A DNA stretch of 63,352 nucleotides, filler included, from Chiloscyllium plagiosum (lineage: Eukaryota): assembly GCF_004010195.1 (NCBI RefSeq). It is 5 parts of 2 records of this genome, joined end to end, with 100 filler letters (N's around TTAATTAATTAA, not from the genome) between each part and the next. Parts side by side here need not be neighbours in the genome. Positions count along the whole stretch, not along the records: positions 57,060 to 63,352 come from NC_057713.1; 4 more parts are not named here. The stretch is one strand, 5' to 3'. Under the pieces are notes generated by a model. That model saw only the letters and a list, made by a program, of their open reading frames with translations. It was not told the DNA's origin and made no database searches. How positions within the stretch are numbered: position 1 is the first letter of the stretch; each line of letters opens with the position of its first letter. Made by a program: the position numbers and the translations under genes. Shown here in pieces: positions 59,206 through 63,352 of this stretch.

Positions 59206-61192
59206 TACTCAGACTCTGCCTCTCAGTTTACACGACCCCAAAATGTTCATATTCCCTTCTTGGATGCCCTCCCTGTCAAACCCACTGGCTTTGATCTTAG
59301 TCACATTTCTACCCAAGCTGTTTAACTGTTCACCTCCCTACTCTATCTGCTAAGTCCCAGGTATATCTGTAGTCATACCAGACATAGTGCTACATTTCTC
59401 TCTCATCAAAGTCAGGGTGCTGCTGACTGTCAATGACACATTCCTCCCCGATTTGCATCGTCCCTTTCCTCCCTTGCTCTCTTATCTCTTCCTTATATGT
59501 TGAATGGCCCCAGCTTTACAACTATTGTCTACTCTGCATCCCAGCATGCTGCCTCCAATTCTGACAATTGAGTTCCCTAGCTTCACACAACAACAGCAGC
59601 CTCTGATATTCTCCCTTCACTTTCATTGCGTTGATAATGCTAAGAATTGACCAGGATCCATTCACACAATTGACTTGAACAGGTATTCCCAACTGATGGG
59701 TAACTGGACCCCTGACTGGTATCTGTGCAAATCCCTGGACTGACTACACTGGACCTGCGAGACTGATCATAGCTCCCTTCCCTACCAGCAGTGATACAAA
59801 ACAATGAACCTGACTGTTCCAAGTAACTGACTGAAAGCAAACATTGCCCTAGACTTACTGTGCCGAGACACCCTGACTGAAGACGGTCTTCCTTGATGGC
59901 CCTTACATTTTAAGACATGGCCATTTAGTTCATGCACATGCAGTGTGTTTTGCCACACTAGCCGCTGGCACATGGTGTAGATGTGAATGAAGTAGCATAC
60001 TGCCATACAACATTGTCCACACCTTTGAATGATCAATGCTAACACCATGATAAAGTGCATGGCCATGTGTCTGTGCTAAAAATGCTGAGTATCCAAGTAG
60101 GTACAAAGACAACACGCAAAGAATCCAGAGGTGCACCCAGGTCTAATCTATCAGGTGGGCATCTGTTCCTGTGCGCAATGTCCTGGCAGCAGCATTACGA
60201 TGATAAGTGCCAGAATTCTCCAACATGCAACATCCAAGTGTCGGACTTTATTGTAAGTGGATCATAAATGTGTCATGAGATACGGAGAGACTGAGATCTG
60301 TCCAATGCCAACAGTCATGTACTTGGGGTGGGGGTGGGGTCTGTATGTTTGGTGGTTGCTGCCATGAGATGTTACTAACTGTTGTCCAATATGGAAGTCT
60401 GGAGAAAAAAAGATGAGCTGGAGTGCCAGGTTACCACTGATTTTCATGTCGGGTACCGTCACCTTTGAGTTTGGTTTTAGCATACGTGGGAGAATGGGGA
60501 AACTGTATCTCAATGAAATAAGGTTAGGGAATAATACAATGCTAAGGTACGCAAATAGGCTTCTCACTGCTCACTAGTGAGATTCTTGTCTCGTCATCTG
60601 AAGCACATTTAGAGAATTGTACGTTTTCCTTTTGACATTAACAATCTTATTTCTGCTGACCCCACCCTATTTTCCCAACTGATTTGTCAACAACCATGTT
60701 CTTCATGGGCTGGGAAGATTCCACCTGTGGTTCCGAATCAGGAGGACTCATGACTTGCCACGTGGTGTTCCTACAGCTCTCTTGCCCTTGTCCTTCTGGA
60801 GGTTGTGAGTTTGATAGGTGCTATTAAAGCAGCCTTGGAGAGTTGCTGCAGTGCATCTCGTAGCTGCTTGCTACTGTTGATACTGTGTACTAGATACAAA
60901 AGATACAAAATATATTTTTAAAATTGTAAAGAAAGCTCAACAGCACCATCTGGTGTAAGCTTTATGATGGTCCAGTCCTCTAGTATCCTTTCCATACCTA
61001 GGGCCAAAGACTCCACAATTTATTTATTTCCCTCAGTAAGACAAGACACATCCTATGTTAAAGAATGGCTTATTAATTTTAACTTTGAGTATACAAACCT
61101 ATTAAGACCCTCCCTTATATCATTATTTTATTCTATTAAATTGTAACAAGAAATTTGAACACACGGATGTCCTAAAGACCAAGAAGCAAGGA

Positions 61193-61238
61193 GAGGGCCA
61201 AAGGGCCTGTACTGCGCTGTATTCTTCTATGTTCTATG
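61193..61238 (+). mobile_element. 46-bp CR1 extreme 3' tail flanked by a 78-bp duplication
   Basis: GGGCCAAAGGGCCTGTACTGCGCTGTATTCTTCTATGTTCTATG lies between copies at 61115-61192 and 61239-61316. Confidence 0.88.
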
Positions 61239-62949
61239 TTATATCATTATTTTATTCTATTAAATTGTAACAAGAAATTTGAACACACGGATGTCCTAAA
61301 GACCACGAAGCAAGGATCCTTTATTTCACTGGCATTGGACCATAACAAACATGAAGGGAAATACAAGTTAAACATAGAAGACACAGTATTTAATGGAATT
61401 AAGCCTGTGGTTTACATTGATGAGGAAATGCTTTGTTTATATGACACTTCTACTTATTAAACTTCCTTTCCGTAAAGACACCCTTTCTTTCAGAAAGGGT
61501 TCATTTGTTTTGCTCCAGCTGCCTTGTTCAACAGCCTCATTCGCCATTACCACCAATTTGTGGTCTCCTTTCATCTGTTATGACATTATCTTCATGCTAC
61601 TTTCTTGTGAAGACAGGTGAAAAGTGTTCATTAAGTATCTCATTTAAGTGTTCTGCTGCAGAACCTTCCTTGTCTGGACTACACTATCAAGATTCTGGTC
61701 TTACTCTGGTTATCTAATGGTACAGAACAAGCATATGGTTTAATCAAGTTTCTTCATTGACCTTTCTGCATGCACGAGTCCATTGATCTGCTGTTTTAAA
61801 AAAAATTCTCAAGGTCAGGTTCGTAGGAGAGTAGTCTGACACAGAACAAACGACCAAGAGGCGAGACTGCTAGAATATCTTCATTGACCTTTCTGCCTGC
61901 ACGAGTCCATTGATCTGCTGAGCAAAGCCTCTTCAAGATTTCAGTAGGTGACCAGAACACTCCTTCCTGATGATTACCTCCCTCATATTATCACGTTTAT
62001 AGTGTGAAGTATGTCAATGCTGACTGATGTTATCCAACCTTCTCTCACCTGGGGTTCTGCTAGACACTTGTAACACCACAAGAGGCAGAAGCAGTAGTGG
62101 GCCATTCAGCCATTGAGTCTGCTCCAACGTTCAATAAAATCATGGCTTCTCTGACAATCTTCACCTCTACATCCCCGCCTTTTCTCCAAAATACTTGATT
62201 CCCTTCTTGATTAAAAATCTGATTATCGCAGCCCTGCATATACTTGCCCTGGTCTCCTTGCATATGGATATACACTACTTCAAAATTGGAAGAGTTGATC
62301 ATTGAACTGAACATTGTGTAATCATTAAGGAGGTTGGCCAAACAAGGCTCTTCCTTTCTGACAGAACTAGTTTAATTTGGGAGACCTGGTAGGCACAGAT
62401 GAGTTGGATGATTCTAGGAGTGAACATCTTCCTACTTCACACTCCTATGATGGAGGGAAAGACATTGATGAAGCACCTGAAGATGCTTGGGCACATGACA
62501 CTTACCTGAGAAACTCCTACAGAGGTGACCTGGAGCTGAGATGGTTCACATTAATCGTTAAAACCATTTCCCTTTGTGTTAGGAATGCTTATGGCCATTG
62601 GCGATTTTTCCATAATTACCATTTACTCCAATTTTGTTAAGGTTCTTTGATACCAAACTTGCTCAAATGCTGCCTTAATGTCAAGGTAGTTACTCTTTCC
62701 TCACCTCTGGAAGCCAGATCTTTTCTCTGTTTGGACAAAGGCTGTTTGGAGAAGAGGGATTACTGGACCTCAAACTGTGACTCTGCGCTCTCTCCGCAGA
62801 TGCTACCAGACTGGCTGAGTTTCTCCAGTTATTTCTATTTTTGTCACTTCATCCCAGGAATGAGTTGAGTGAAGCAGTAGTTATCTTGCCTTTACTGGTC
62901 AGTGCATTGAATATAGGAGTTGGGAGGTCAGGTTGTGGCTGTTCAGGAC

Positions 62950-63137
62950 ATTGTGGTGTGGGAAAAGCACAGCAGGTCAGGCAGCATCCGAGGAGCACAA
63001 GAATCGATATTTCGGGCAAAAGCCCTTCATCAGAATATTGATTCTCCTGCTCCTCAGATGCTGCCTGACCTGCTGTGCTTTTCCAGCAGCACACTATTGA
63101 CTCAATCTCCAGCATCTGCAGTCCTCACTTTCGCCTT
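62950..63137. mobile_element. Fold-back PLE mini-element
   Basis: The arm GGAAAAGCACAGCAGGTCAGGCAGCATC and its reverse complement flank a minus-strand hammerhead core at about 63006-63033. Confidence 0.75.
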
Positions 63138-63184
63138 TTCAAATATTAAGCACACTTCTGGTCTTCCTACTATATGTTGTGAAA

Positions 63185-63352
63185 CTTGAAAGGATTCAGA
63201 AAAGATTTACAAGGACGTTGCCAGAGTTGGAGGATCTGAGCTACAGGGAGAGGCTGAACAGGCTGGGGCTGTTTTCCCTGGAGCATTGGAGGCTGAGGGG
63301 TGACCTTACAGAGGTTTACAAAGTTATGAGGGGCATGGATAGGATAAATAGA
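63185..63352 (+). mobile_element. CR1 3'-region fragment running off the window
   Basis: RIQKRFTRTLPELEDLSYRERLNRLGLFSLE. Confidence 0.85.

Noticed and set aside
59380..60730. Possible old DNA transposon remnant
   Set aside because: I could not identify paired TIRs, a TSD or a transposase motif with enough confidence.
142..63033. Strand bias of hammerheads against the FBXO41 sense strand
   Set aside because: Intact cores occur on both strands, fold-backs blur orientation, and the numbers are too small to claim selection.

Overview
This is a eukaryotic, repeat-dominated window with several N-gaps. It is most likely from a cartilaginous fish (shark), inferred from HE1-type SINEs and HER1/CR1 LINE tails. 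The only host gene I can support is FBXO41 on the minus strand. It has a first coding exon (CDS 39616-38901, 5'UTR to about 39857) and a second coding exon (31935-31728). I found no other exons, so the flanking sequence is probably intronic. The rest is nested mobile DNA: many CR1 LINEs (one near full length at about 2958-7116, one with a 5' inversion), HE1 and other tRNA-derived SINEs, a decayed Gypsy element with its 3' LTR, a retroviral env + PPT + 3' LTR remnant, a 752-bp solo LTR with a 4-bp TSD, a TA-type MITE, and many Penelope-like element (PLE) fragments. The most interesting layer is RNA structure. About twenty minimal hammerhead-ribozyme cores from three PLE families occur here. Many sit in short fold-back mini-elements with 10-18 bp TSDs, and one forms a head-to-tail ~325-nt tandem resembling a retrozyme. 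Hammerheads in PLEs are already known, and I cannot tell from sequence alone whether these particular families are undescribed. All family assignments come from motif recognition, not database searches, and repeat boundaries are approximate unless a TSD is given.
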